In this document: positions 9,075 to 19,123 of the stretch, piece after piece
Layout of the letters: each line of letters begins with the position of its first letter
Position numbering within the stretch: position 1 is the first letter of the stretch
IMG/VR virus record: IMGVR_UViG_3300046758_000288
Span: 1 to 61,169 of that record
DNA length: 61,169 nucleotides
Direction: 5' to 3' (one strand)
Source of the DNA: a virus
Lineage: Duplodnaviria; Caudoviricetes
Program-made: the position numbers and the translations under genes
The notes under the pieces: generated by a model
Told to the model about the DNA's origin: nothing
Database searches by the model: none
The model's input: the letters and a program-made list of their open reading frames with translations, nothing else

Positions 9075-9755
9075 TTGACTTTAATTATTGACAAGTACGA
9101 CTACAAACCAATTAATCGAAAACAAGTAAACGGAAAACGATTATATCAAACTCCGGACGGCAATGCTGTTGCGAGTGTTACAACTATTTTAGATGCTACT
9201 AAAGATAAAACGCATCTTATTGCTTGGAGAAAGCGTGTTGGAGAACAAAAGGCACAAGAGATTGTAACAGAAGCCGCAAGTGTAGGCACAAGGATGCACA
9301 AGTATCTTGAAGACTATGTTGAGTTTGGTGAATGGCCACAGCCAGGGTCCAACCCATATGCACAGCAAGCTCATATGATGGCAACTCAAATTAAAGAGAA
9401 AGCCATGAATGATGTTGATGAGATATGGGGTAGTGAAGTTAACTTGTATATGCCCAATATGTATGCAGGAACTACTGACCTTGTAGGTACTTATAAAGGT
9501 CAGCCTGCAATTATGGACTTCAAGCAAACAAACAAGCCCAAAAAACTAGAATGGGTAGTAGATTACTTCCTACAGTTAACAGCATATGCTGAAGCACACA
9601 ACGAAATCTATGGTACTAACATCCGTGAAGGACACATCTTTATGTGTAGCCGTGCAGGCGAGTATCAACAGTTTGATATTTGGCCAGATGAATATGACGA
9701 ATGGCGCAATGAATGGTACGATAGAGTCTACACATATTACGAGAAGTTCGCATAA
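9075..9755 (+). CDS. PD-(D/E)xK exonuclease (Cas4/MGME1-like)
   Basis: SVTTIL, GTRMHKYLE, YAGTTDLVG, IMDFKQT, QLTAYA; TTG start after GAGGA. Confidence 0.85.
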   Translation: MTLIIDKYDYKPINRKQVNGKRLYQTPDGNAVASVTTILDATKDKTHLIAWRKRVGEQKAQEIVTEAASVGTRMHKYLEDYVEFGEWPQPGSNPYAQQAHMMATQIKEKAMNDVDEIWGSEVNLYMPNMYAGTTDLVGTYKGQPAIMDFKQTNKPKKLEWVVDYFLQLTAYAEAHNEIYGTNIREGHIFMCSRAGEYQQFDIWPDEYDEWRNEWYDRVYTYYEKFA

Positions 9756-9785
9756 ATACAATAATAATGCGTATAGGAGACACTC

Positions 9786-11669
9786 GTGGCAGTAGTACAA
9801 ATATCGAAAATACAAATAAGACGAGGTAGGAAAAATACCGGTAGTGGACTACCGCAACTATCCTCAGGTGAACTTGGGTGGGCAATTGACTCACAGGAAC
9901 TTTATATAGGTAATGGTGCAGTAGCAGAAGGCGCACCTACAGTAGGTAATACAAAGATTCTAACTGAAGAAGATGACTTATTTGAGATTGCAAAAAACTA
10001 CACATACAGAGAAGGCGACGGATCTATTGTTACAGGTCCAGACGCAACTAATCCTATTGTTAGAACTTTACAAGAAAGATTAGATGACAATGTTAATATT
10101 AGGTCTTTTGGTACTACAGGACAAATTACTCAAGACGCAACTGTACTTTTACAAAGAGCTATAGATCAATTATATCTAAACAATGGTGTAGAAGCGTCTG
10201 TAAACAATAGAGTTAAATTAGAACTTGCCGCTGGTATATATAAAATTACAGACACTATCTATGTTCCGCCACACGCTACAATTATTGGTGCAGGATCTGG
10301 CAAAACTGTTATTCAACAAGAAACAGCTGGCAAAAGTGTTTTCACTACAGTAAGCGACTCAAGTACTCCTGGTAACTATGTACTAGACGGAGAGTACAAC
10401 ACACAAGCAAGAAACATTCGTTTGCAAGGATTGACACTAAAATGTACGGTAAAAGCAAACGGACTTGTACTACAAAGTTGTAGAGATAGTTACTTCCAAG
10501 ATGTGCAGATTGCAGGCAGTTGGACAAGTACAGACGGAATCGACCTTGATAGTTCTACATCAACTAGTATTGGACTAGGAATAAACAGCAAGAACGGTGG
10601 AGTTGAAACTGTTCGAAACGAATTCACTAACTGTCACATTGACGGCTTTATGTACGGCATTGTATCTAATTGGGATACAAACGATAACGTATGGACAACA
10701 TCAAACTTTACTAATTTAGGTTATGGATTTACATTTGGTAAAGATATGCTAATTGACGGTAATAATGCAAATGGCACTTCAGTAGGTCCAACTAACAATA
10801 TTATTTCAGACTGTGTATTCACAAACGTATATAGAGAAGCTATACTTGTTGACGAAGGAACTTATAACGTAAGTCGTAACAATAAATTTAATACTTGTGG
10901 TAACGACGGTGCATCAGATGCGTCACCTCTTTATCCTATTATTAGATATACAAGACTAGGTAATACTAGTGATGGAGACTTCTTTAGTAGAACAAAAGTG
11001 TTATCATATACACAAGGTACTATTATTACAGCAAGTTCTACAATTACAGCAGGACAATCAACTATTACAGTTACAGATGCTTCAAACTTAGTAGCAGGAC
11101 AAATTGTTACTGTTGATAGCGGTATTGGAGAACTAGGTGCGGCAACTGTAGTCATTACTGATGTTGATCAACCAACTAACACAGTTACAGTTAACTTGCC
11201 ACATTTGACAAGCGGCTTAATTAATTTTAGTGTACTATCACCAATTATTACAAGTATTTCTTATATTCCTGAAGTAGACGGACCATGTCACTTTGTTTGG
11301 GGTTTTGAACACGAAATAACAATTAGAGACGGTCTAAACCAAACACTATTTAGACTTCCAAAACTTGCTAATCAAAGTTTTGATATTGACTATGTTGCAA
11401 AAGGAGCAACAGGTTACACAGGTATGCGATCAGGAAATATGCGAATAACGATGGATAACCAAGCCAACGTTACTGTTTCAGATGAATTTGATTTTGTTGG
11501 AGACGAAATATATGTTGACAACATTGCATTTGATGCTATAATAAGTGATATAGACGGAGACAGTACTGTTGACACAATCCTTGTAAAAGGTAATGTTAGT
11601 GGTTCACTTCCGGCAAATGCAACAACGAAGTTAAAGTTCAAAGTGAAAACAAAACAGATAAGCATATAA
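9786..11669 (+). CDS. Virion structural protein (tail fibre/baseplate, beta-helix domain)
   Basis: VQISKIQIRRG..LPQLSSGELGWAIDSQELYIGNG N-terminal module; pectate-lyase-like repeats; TAAATA upstream. Confidence 0.75.
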   Translation: MAVVQISKIQIRRGRKNTGSGLPQLSSGELGWAIDSQELYIGNGAVAEGAPTVGNTKILTEEDDLFEIAKNYTYREGDGSIVTGPDATNPIVRTLQERLDDNVNIRSFGTTGQITQDATVLLQRAIDQLYLNNGVEASVNNRVKLELAAGIYKITDTIYVPPHATIIGAGSGKTVIQQETAGKSVFTTVSDSSTPGNYVLDGEYNTQARNIRLQGLTLKCTVKANGLVLQSCRDSYFQDVQIAGSWTSTDGIDLDSSTSTSIGLGINSKNGGVETVRNEFTNCHIDGFMYGIVSNWDTNDNVWTTSNFTNLGYGFTFGKDMLIDGNNANGTSVGPTNNIISDCVFTNVYREAILVDEGTYNVSRNNKFNTCGNDGASDASPLYPIIRYTRLGNTSDGDFFSRTKVLSYTQGTIITASSTITAGQSTITVTDASNLVAGQIVTVDSGIGELGAATVVITDVDQPTNTVTVNLPHLTSGLINFSVLSPIITSISYIPEVDGPCHFVWGFEHEITIRDGLNQTLFRLPKLANQSFDIDYVAKGATGYTGMRSGNMRITMDNQANVTVSDEFDFVGDEIYVDNIAFDAIISDIDGDSTVDTILVKGNVSGSLPANATTKLKFKVKTKQISI

Positions 11670-12089
11670 ATGTTCAATAAAAAATATGAAGATCGGCTGG
11701 CCGCCTGGAGTGATTTTAGAAACACACTTGAAACAACAGACAACCCTTATCAAGATGTAATTGACTTTTATCAACAAGCACCTCTAGTTTCAATTCACAC
11801 TGACCCATTTGATCAAGCACAATGGCCTACGCCTTGGGAGTTAATTCAAGAGAACCAGTATTGTGAGTTCGCTCGTGTACTAGGATACTGCTTTTCTTTA
11901 CAGTTAACCGAACGCTTTTCAGGGGCCAATTTTGAGATACATATCGTTACAAGCAGAGAGAAATCGTACTTATATCTCTTAATAATCGACAGTAAAATTG
12001 TGCTAGGATATGATGAAACTTCACCAGTGTCATATCTTGATATCCAGTCAGATTTACAATCGCAAGTTATATACAGTATGGAAAATTAA
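11670..12089 (+). CDS. Hypothetical protein
   Basis: ORF with WPTPWELI motif. Confidence 0.7.
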   Translation: MFNKKYEDRLAAWSDFRNTLETTDNPYQDVIDFYQQAPLVSIHTDPFDQAQWPTPWELIQENQYCEFARVLGYCFSLQLTERFSGANFEIHIVTSREKSYLYLLIIDSKIVLGYDETSPVSYLDIQSDLQSQVIYSMEN

Positions 12090-12122
12090 AATAAATATTT
12101 CATTAATGAAAGAGGAAAAAAG

Positions 12123-14423
12123 ATGATTCAAGTTACCAAGCGAGACGGGCGTAAAGAGCCACTAGATATAGAAAAATTACACAAAGTAGTTTTTCATGCA
12201 TGTGAAAATATAACAGGAGTTAGCCCAAGCGAGGTAGAGATAAAAAGTCAAATTAGTTTTGCAAACGGTATGACTACTAAAGAAATTCAAGAAACTTTAA
12301 TTAAGGCTGCCGCTGATCTTATCAGTGAAGAAACACCAAACTATCAGTTCGTTGGTGGTAGGCTAATTAATTATGCATTACGCAAAGAAGTATACGGTAA
12401 CTATACACCTTGCACAGTGAAAGAACTTGTTGAAAGGAATATAGATTTAGGCTTTTATGATCCTGACCTCATTTCATATTATAACGACGAAGAGTGGCAA
12501 CGAATCAATAGTTTTGTTAAACACGAACGCGACGAAAACTTAACCTATGTAGCAATGGAACAGCTACGTGGCAAGTACCTATGTCAAAACAGAGTAAACG
12601 GAGAGATCTTTGAAACACCTCAAATGTGCTATGTACTAATTGCGGCAACATTATTCCAAAGTTATCCAACAGAAACTCGACTACACTGGATTAAAGAATA
12701 TTATGATGCTATTAGTTTACACGATATTAGTTTGCCTACTCCTGTTATGGCTGGTGTTAGAACTCCACAGCGACAATTCAGTAGTTGCGTCCTTATTGAA
12801 AGTGACGACAGTCTTGATAGTATTAATGCTACTGCATCAAGTATTGTTAAGTACGTAAGTCAAAAAGCAGGCATTGGAATTGGCGGCGGCAAGATTCGTG
12901 CTATTGGTTCGCCAGTACGTAAAGGTGATGCTTATCACACAGGTATTATCCCGTTTTATAAACTATTTCAAAGTGCAGTAAAATCGTGCTCGCAGGGCGG
13001 AGTTAGAGGCGGAGCCGCTACAGTATATTACCCAGCCTGGCATTTAGAAGTTGAAGAAATGTTAGTGCTAAAGAACAACAAAGGTACAGAAGATAATCGT
13101 GTACGCCATATGGACTACGGTGTGCAGTTTAATAAACTAATGTATGAAAGACTTATTGCGGGCGCCGATATAACTCTTTTCTCGCCTAGTGATGTACCAG
13201 GACTGTATGAAGCATTTTATGCAGACCAAGACAAGTTTAAAGAATTATATGAAACAGCAGAACGCAATACAAAGTTGCGTAAGAAAACTATTCCAGCTAT
13301 TCAATTGTTTAGTACATTTATGGAAGAGCGTAAGAATACAGGACGCATTTATCTACAGAACGTAGACAATGCTAATGAGCATGGGTCATTCCTTCCTGAG
13401 GTTGCACCTATTCGTCAATCAAACCTATGTGCAGAGATTGACTTACCAACAAAGCCACTAAAAGATCTTAATGACCCTGAAGGTGAGATTTCCCTATGTA
13501 CACTTAGCGCAATCAATTGGGGCAACATTAAATCAGTTAGTGATTTTGAAAGAGTATGTCGACTTGCAGTTCGTGGACTTGATGCACTATTAAGTTATCA
13601 AGACTATCCAATACTAGCCGCACAGTTATCTACAGAAAAGCGTAGACCTTTAGGCGTTGGCATTATTAATTTTGCATATTGGATGGCAAAGAACGGACTC
13701 GACTATCAGAATATTGATGCAGAAGGACTAGAACTAATTGACGAATGGGCCGAAGCATGGAGTTACTATCTAATTAAAGCGAGTGCTGACCTAGCCGCAG
13801 AGCAAGGAGCACCAAGTGGCAACATGGAAACAAAATACGGACATGGTATTACACCTAATCAAACATATTCAAAAGCCCTTGACGAGATTGTTCCTCACAA
13901 AGAACGTATGCCTTGGGATAAATTACGTGAACAACTTAAAGAAACAGGCATTCGTAATTCAACACTAATGGCACTTATGCCAAGTGAAACAAGTGCGCAA
14001 ATTGCAAATGCAACTAACGGAATTGAGCCGCCACGTTCGCTTATATCTATTAAACAAAGCAAGCACGGTGTACTTAAACAAGTTGTGCCTGAATATAAAA
14101 GGCTTAAAAACAAATATGATTTACTATGGGAGCACCGCTCACCTGAAGGGTATATTAAAATTGTGTCTGTACTACAGAAATACATTGATCAAGGTGTAAG
14201 CGTAAACACAAGCTACAACCCAACATATTTTGACGATGAAAAAATTCCGCTAAGTACAATGCTACAACATTTATTGTTGTTTTATAAACTAGGCGGCAAA
14301 CAATTATACTATTTCAATACATATGATGGCCAGGGCGAATTAGATGTCAACAAAATGTTTGAAACAGAACTAGCACCAACTGAAATTGAAGACGACGAAT
14401 ATTGTGAATCATGCACAATATAG
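12123..14423 (+). CDS. nrdA: Ribonucleotide reductase class Ia alpha subunit
   Basis: ATP cone VTKRDG, QFSSC, SNLCAEI, MPSETS, LYY, C-terminal CESC. Confidence 0.97.
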   Translation: MIQVTKRDGRKEPLDIEKLHKVVFHACENITGVSPSEVEIKSQISFANGMTTKEIQETLIKAAADLISEETPNYQFVGGRLINYALRKEVYGNYTPCTVKELVERNIDLGFYDPDLISYYNDEEWQRINSFVKHERDENLTYVAMEQLRGKYLCQNRVNGEIFETPQMCYVLIAATLFQSYPTETRLHWIKEYYDAISLHDISLPTPVMAGVRTPQRQFSSCVLIESDDSLDSINATASSIVKYVSQKAGIGIGGGKIRAIGSPVRKGDAYHTGIIPFYKLFQSAVKSCSQGGVRGGAATVYYPAWHLEVEEMLVLKNNKGTEDNRVRHMDYGVQFNKLMYERLIAGADITLFSPSDVPGLYEAFYADQDKFKELYETAERNTKLRKKTIPAIQLFSTFMEERKNTGRIYLQNVDNANEHGSFLPEVAPIRQSNLCAEIDLPTKPLKDLNDPEGEISLCTLSAINWGNIKSVSDFERVCRLAVRGLDALLSYQDYPILAAQLSTEKRRPLGVGIINFAYWMAKNGLDYQNIDAEGLELIDEWAEAWSYYLIKASADLAAEQGAPSGNMETKYGHGITPNQTYSKALDEIVPHKERMPWDKLREQLKETGIRNSTLMALMPSETSAQIANATNGIEPPRSLISIKQSKHGVLKQVVPEYKRLKNKYDLLWEHRSPEGYIKIVSVLQKYIDQGVSVNTSYNPTYFDDEKIPLSTMLQHLLLFYKLGGKQLYYFNTYDGQGELDVNKMFETELAPTEIEDDEYCESCTI

Positions 14424-14452
14424 TTGACAACAGAGCAATAACGTGTTAATAT
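14424..14452 (+). promoter_or_regulatory. sigma70-type promoter
   Basis: TTGACA-N17-TAATAT with TG extension. Confidence 0.65.
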
Positions 14453-14489
14453 ACATAGACACGCAGAGACATAAAGGAAGTAAAATATA

Positions 14490-15617
14490 ATGGGCGTATT
14501 TGACGTAGATAACAGAGTCGATCATACTAAAGTAAAAGCATTTTTAGATCCATCAGGCGGTCCTACTATACAACGATATGATAATCTAAAGTATAAACAG
14601 TTTGACGGGTTAACTGACAAACAGTTAGGATTCTTTTGGAGACCTGAAGAAGTTGATATCTATAAGGATTCGGCTGACTTCAAGTCACTTACTGAACACG
14701 AACAGCATATCTTTACTTCTAATTTGAAGAGACAAATTCTATTAGATAGTGTTCAAGGTCGTGCACCTGCAGAAAGTTTTGGTTCTATTGTTTCTTTACC
14801 AGAACTTGAAAATTGGATCATTACTTGGACCTTTAGTGAAACTATCCATTCACGTAGTTACACACATATTATTCGTAATGTATATTCAAATCCAAGTAAA
14901 GTATTTGATGAACTTATGGATGTAGGTGAAATTGTTGATTGTGCAGATAGTATATCTAAACACTATGACGATCTTATTGAAACTAGTATGTATTACAACC
15001 TGTTAGGTGCAGGAACACACACAGTTAATGGCAATAAAGTAGAAGTAGATATGTACGAGCTAAAGAAAAAACTTTGGCTTGCGTTAATGAGTGTAAACAT
15101 TCTTGAAGGTGTTCGCTTCTATGTGTCTTTTGCATGTAGTTGGGCATTTGCAGAACTTAAAAAGATGGAAGGCAATGCTAAGATTATTAAACTTATTGCT
15201 AGAGATGAAAACTTGCATCTTGCATCAACACAAGCACTATTGAAAGTGTTAAAAACTGACGACAAAGACTTTGCAAAAATTGCAAAAGAAACAGAAGCTG
15301 AATGTATTCAGATGTTTGTAGAAGCAGTTGATCAAGAAAAAGAATGGGCTAACTATTTGTTCAAAGACGGATCAATGATTGGACTAAACACAGAATTGTT
15401 AAGCCAGTACATTGAATTTATTTGTACACGTAGAATGACAAACGTAGGTCTTAAAAGTCCATACAACCAAAAACAAAACCCATTGCCGTGGACACAGAAA
15501 TGGATCTCAGGAGCCGAAGTTCAGGTGGCACCACAAGAGACTGAGATAACTAGTTATGTTCAAGGCGGCACTAAACAAGATGTGTCAGCTGACACATTTA
15601 AAGGATTTAGTTTATGA
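14490..15617 (+). CDS. nrdB: Ribonucleotide reductase class Ia beta subunit
   Basis: FFWRPEEV, ETIHSRSY, LEGVRFYVSF, RDENLH, VAPQETE. Confidence 0.97.
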   Translation: MGVFDVDNRVDHTKVKAFLDPSGGPTIQRYDNLKYKQFDGLTDKQLGFFWRPEEVDIYKDSADFKSLTEHEQHIFTSNLKRQILLDSVQGRAPAESFGSIVSLPELENWIITWTFSETIHSRSYTHIIRNVYSNPSKVFDELMDVGEIVDCADSISKHYDDLIETSMYYNLLGAGTHTVNGNKVEVDMYELKKKLWLALMSVNILEGVRFYVSFACSWAFAELKKMEGNAKIIKLIARDENLHLASTQALLKVLKTDDKDFAKIAKETEAECIQMFVEAVDQEKEWANYLFKDGSMIGLNTELLSQYIEFICTRRMTNVGLKSPYNQKQNPLPWTQKWISGAEVQVAPQETEITSYVQGGTKQDVSADTFKGFSL

Positions 15618-15868
15618 CAATTGAAATTTGGGGCAAGCCAGCTTGTCCATCATGCACAAAGGCAAAACAGTTTTGCGAAAGCAGATCGCTTCCTTATGTG
15701 TACAAAGAACTAGGTAAAGACTTTGACAGAGAAGAAGTGTTTGAAGTATTTCCTACAGCAAGGACATTCCCACAAATTATCGTTGGTGGTAATAAAGTTG
15801 GTGGGTATGAAAGTTTATTAGAATATGTTGATAACACAGGTTACAACGGCACAGGACATACATTATAA
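15614..15868 (+). CDS. grx: Glutaredoxin
   Basis: CPSC, TFPQI, GGY. Confidence 0.9.
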   Translation: MTIEIWGKPACPSCTKAKQFCESRSLPYVYKELGKDFDREEVFEVFPTARTFPQIIVGGNKVGGYESLLEYVDNTGYNGTGHTL

Positions 15869-16155
15869 TGTTAATCGAAGCACCATATAAAATTGGAGAT
15901 ACCGTATCTCTAAAACTAACTTCAGGCGAAGAAATCATTGCACGTTTAGATGCAGAAGATTCTAACACCTATACACTTAAAAAGCCTATGGTGCTTATAG
16001 CACAATCAGAAGGCTTAGGACTTGCTCCTTTCATGTTTTCAGTGTCTCCGGACGGAAAATTTGTAATGAAAGCAAGTGCAGTAAGTTGTTTAGCAGTCAC
16101 ACAAGACGAAATTTCCAAGCAATATACACAACAAACTACCGGTATTGTTACTTAA
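15868..16155 (+). CDS. Hypothetical protein (Sm-like fold possible)
   Basis: KLTSGEEIIA motif common in T4-like phage proteins. Confidence 0.65.
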   Translation: MLIEAPYKIGDTVSLKLTSGEEIIARLDAEDSNTYTLKKPMVLIAQSEGLGLAPFMFSVSPDGKFVMKASAVSCLAVTQDEISKQYTQQTTGIVT

Positions 16156-16170
16156 ATTTGTAAATATCGG

Positions 16171-16199
16171 TTGACAAGCCCGCACGAGTATTGTATAAT
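16171..16199 (+). promoter_or_regulatory. sigma70-type promoter
   Basis: TTGACA-N17-TATAAT. Confidence 0.85.
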
Positions 16200-16205
16200 A
16201 CTAGT

Positions 16206-16829
16206 ATGAATAAGGCAAAAAGAAAAGGCAATAAATTGTATAAAGTAATACTCACAGACGCTGATGGCGTACTATTGAACTGGGAATATGCATTTACATG
16301 TTGGATGGAACAACATGGACATACGAAAGTAGAAAATGCAAATTTCATTTATGACATTGGCGAACGTTTTGGAATAACCAAAGAACAAGGCAAACAATTA
16401 GTTAAGATTTTTAACGAAAGTGCCGCAATTGGTTTCCTTCCAGCACTACGTGACGCAATGTATTATGTAAAAAGATTACACGAAGAACACGGATATGTTT
16501 TCCGTTGCATTACAAGTCTAAGTTTAGACAAAAATGCATACAAACTTCGTAAGATGAATTTGGAGAAACTGTTTGGAAAAACAGCTTTTGAAGAATTAGT
16601 TTGTTTAGATACAGGTGCAGACAAAGATGAAGCTCTTGAACAATATAGAGATTCAGGTTTGTATTGGATTGAAGACAAACTATCTAATGCACAACTTGGT
16701 TTAGACTTAGGTTTAAAATCAATACTCATCGAGCATGGATTTAATATGAACGATGATATTCCAGAAGGTATGACTAAAGTAACTAACTGGAAAGAAATAT
16801 ACGAAAACATTACAGGAGAAAACGCATGA
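16206..16829 (+). CDS. HAD-superfamily phosphatase/nucleotidase
   Basis: TDADGVL, ITS, WIEDK; start 16206 or TTG 16236. Confidence 0.8.
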   Translation: MNKAKRKGNKLYKVILTDADGVLLNWEYAFTCWMEQHGHTKVENANFIYDIGERFGITKEQGKQLVKIFNESAAIGFLPALRDAMYYVKRLHEEHGYVFRCITSLSLDKNAYKLRKMNLEKLFGKTAFEELVCLDTGADKDEALEQYRDSGLYWIEDKLSNAQLGLDLGLKSILIEHGFNMNDDIPEGMTKVTNWKEIYENITGENA

Positions 16830-17002
16830 CATTACATGACGAAATCGTACAAGCATTTAATAATTACTTGGCAGAGTCTGAAACATTTGAAGACAAAAGT
16901 GTCAAGGCAGCGGCCGCAAGAGCTCGTAAAGCATTGGGTGACCTAGGCAAACTTACAAAAGATCGCCGTAAAGAAATCCAAGACAAAAAGAACGCAATGT
17001 AA
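16826..17002 (+). CDS. Histone H1-like nucleoid protein (Hc1 family-like), 58 aa, not in ORF track
   Basis: MTLHDEIVQAFNNYLAESETFEDKSVKAAAARARKALGDLGKLTKDRRKEIQDKKNAM; AGGAG RBS. Confidence 0.7.
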   Translation: MTLHDEIVQAFNNYLAESETFEDKSVKAAAARARKALGDLGKLTKDRRKEIQDKKNAM

Positions 17003-17211
17003 TGAGTGGGCAGAGACGCTGGCTCAAATTATGGGCTAGGACAGTTGGAATGCCCATAGGTATTACAGACGACGATAAGCCAGAATTCCTTCCTATATCA
17101 CAAGAAGATGTAAGAAGGGCACTGGCTTTTCGCACCTTTTGGATCGCGTTACACATTGTAACATGTGCTATGATCATCACAGGAAACGGCAGAACTTTGG
17201 GTTGGTGGTAA
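17002..17211 (+). CDS. Small membrane protein
   Basis: TAATG coupling; hydrophobic C-terminus. Confidence 0.6.
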   Translation: MSGQRRWLKLWARTVGMPIGITDDDKPEFLPISQEDVRRALAFRTFWIALHIVTCAMIITGNGRTLGWW

Positions 17212-17249
17212 ACTACGCATTTAACTAAATACTTGTAACAGACAAGGAG

Positions 17250-17495
17250 ATGTTAGTTATGATGTGGGTCGACTACAATATTGACCAAATAGGTGAAAAC
17301 TTCAAAGTCAAAGGAGACTATGAAGGAGAAGTAATGGGTGTTTGTAGAGATGGCACACCTAGAGACCATTGGTTGTATAAACCAGGCGATGTTTTTGTTG
17401 TTAACGAACACGGTTGGTTAGTTAAAACAGACGAAGTAAGTGCTTTAATGCTAAAACACGAAAGTAATAAAAATGAACGTAAACAAGGGCGATAA
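17250..17495 (+). CDS. Hypothetical protein
   Basis: AAGGAG RBS, TAAATA upstream. Confidence 0.6.
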   Translation: MLVMMWVDYNIDQIGENFKVKGDYEGEVMGVCRDGTPRDHWLYKPGDVFVVNEHGWLVKTDEVSALMLKHESNKNERKQGR

Positions 17496-17772
17496 AGCAA
17501 TAATTGTTTTTTCAATTAATCCTAGTAATATAGGACGCATTGTTAACGTATCAGAATACATTGGCAAGTTTGAGCAAAACGAACAGTTCGAAGCATTTGG
17601 TATGAAGTGTCATTGTGCTGTTCACGATCATTACTGGTGGATTGAAGGTGACGACATTGATATACAACTTGGACCAAGTCCTAAAGCATATATTGCTGAC
17701 AGTTGGTTGCGAAAAATACCAACTACTAAAAAGAGCAAAAAACTACAAAAAGAACTTGACATTCTAGCATAA
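17473..17772 (+). CDS. Hypothetical protein
   Basis: ORF. Confidence 0.6.
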   Translation: MNVNKGDKAIIVFSINPSNIGRIVNVSEYIGKFEQNEQFEAFGMKCHCAVHDHYWWIEGDDIDIQLGPSPKAYIADSWLRKIPTTKKSKKLQKELDILA

Positions 17773-17786
17773 GAGTGTTATAAATA
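17756..17786 (+). promoter_or_regulatory. Composite sigma70 + late promoter of tmRNA
   Basis: TTGACA (17756), TG-extended -10 overlapping exact TATAAATA (17779-17786). Confidence 0.7.
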
Positions 17787-17790
17787 TACT

Positions 17791-18075
17791 CGTAACGTTG
17801 AAGCAATTCAAACGCTATACAGGACCCGGGGGCGGTACCCGGCGACTCCACCAAAAATACATTCTGCTTACTGTATAGCAGAAGCAACAGGCTGATAAAC
17901 TGGGAATGTATTTTTGATGGGGTCGAAATAGGATCGACTGGTAGTTAATAGGAGAGTGGAGTTGCCCGGATGTAAGCTCGGTTAACGCGAACAAACTTAA
18001 TAATTGCAAACGCAAATTATTCATTAGCGGCTTAGGCTGTTACGAGGTAGTTAGGCCTTGTTACCAAACATAGCA
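17791..18075 (+). ncRNA. ssrA: Two-piece (circularly permuted) tmRNA; tag ANANYSLAA
   Basis: T-arm/acceptor CCGGGGGCGGTACCCGG-CGACTCC-A-CCA ends 17853; intervening hairpin; 5' end GGGGTCGAAATAGGATCGAC at 17919 with G3:U70; tag ORF 18006-18035; outer ends approximate. Confidence 0.92.
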
Positions 18076-18077
18076 TT

Positions 18078-18111
18078 AAAGAGTGTTGTTTTTTAGCAAC
18101 ACTCTTTTTTT
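18078..18111 (+). terminator. Intrinsic terminator after tmRNA
   Basis: AAAGAGTGTTG/CAACACTCTTT + T run. Confidence 0.85.
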
Positions 18112-18229
18112 ATACCTGCTCGTTTTTGCACTAAAAGAGTGCGATAATGATAACTAATAGTGTGAACAACAAATTCCCACCCCAAAGTTCACACTAAAAA
18201 TTTAATAATAATAAAAAAAGGAAATAACA

Positions 18230-19030
18230 ATGCGTATTCTCGCGACAGCATTTGTGGCCGCAATGGCCGCAACAACAGCAATGGCTGATACACTAATAGT
18301 TAGTGAAGCACCTGCGCCAATCCTAAGTGGTGAAGTTTCTTTAGACTTCGCTGAAAAGGCAAACGAAAACTATGGCGGCACAATGGGTGTCGAACTAGAT
18401 ATCAATGCAGGAGAAATTGCAACTGTTGATTTAGGTTTTAAAGCAACAGACGGCAATGCTCTAACATTAGACACATGGACAGTAGGTACAGAAGTTAATG
18501 GTTTAGGTCTTGCATTTGGTGATGACAATGGCGTTATGCCAGAAGCTGAAAAGTCAGCATATAGCACACTAGCAACACCGGCAATGACTGAATCATTAGC
18601 ACTATCTATAGGCGATGCAACAGTTGCAATCGGACTAACTGATTGGACCGCAGATGTGTCTGATCTAAGCAACGTACAAGGTGCATATAGTTTTAATATG
18701 AATATGATAGATGTTACTGCTATGCTAGACTATAATTTAGATTCAGAAAATACTGTACTAGGTGCAGAAGTTGAAGGTTTAGATTTAGGTATGGTTGCAC
18801 TTGGTGGCGTAATGACATATGACACTGATGCAGAATCAATTGGCTACGAAGGTAATGCAAATGTTAACGGTATTACAGCGTATGTCAACGGTGACGATGC
18901 AAATAAACTACAGCATGTAGGTGCTGAAGTTGAAAGAACATTTGCCGAAGCTACATGGACAGCTGGCGTCAACTATGATACTGATGCAGAAGAATTTGCA
19001 CCAACAGCCGGTGTAAGTTTTAACTTCTAA
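18230..19030 (+). CDS. Outer-membrane porin-like beta-barrel
   Basis: Signal peptide AMA-D, amphipathic strands, C-terminal GVSFNF. Confidence 0.75.
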   Translation: MRILATAFVAAMAATTAMADTLIVSEAPAPILSGEVSLDFAEKANENYGGTMGVELDINAGEIATVDLGFKATDGNALTLDTWTVGTEVNGLGLAFGDDNGVMPEAEKSAYSTLATPAMTESLALSIGDATVAIGLTDWTADVSDLSNVQGAYSFNMNMIDVTAMLDYNLDSENTVLGAEVEGLDLGMVALGGVMTYDTDAESIGYEGNANVNGITAYVNGDDANKLQHVGAEVERTFAEATWTAGVNYDTDAEEFAPTAGVSFNF

Positions 19031-19049
19031 GTTAAAAACATAACAAACA

Positions 19050-19087
19050 AAAAAGGGTTGCTTTCTTGAATTGCAACCCTTTTTTTA
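19050..19087 (+). terminator. Intrinsic terminator
   Basis: AAAAGGGTTGC/GCAACCCTTTT + T run. Confidence 0.85.
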
Positions 19088-19123
19088 TGACTAAATAATG
19101 TTAGCATATAAAGGGCAGGGCAA

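Noticed and set aside
9075-9755. Cas4-like nuclease as a sign of CRISPR-Cas
   Set aside because: No repeat-spacer array or other cas genes seen; stand-alone phage exonuclease.
12123-15617. Introns or inteins in nrdA/nrdB
   Set aside because: Both ORFs are continuous and of normal length.
17815-18024. Minus-strand 69-aa ORF
   Set aside because: Antisense shadow of the tmRNA.
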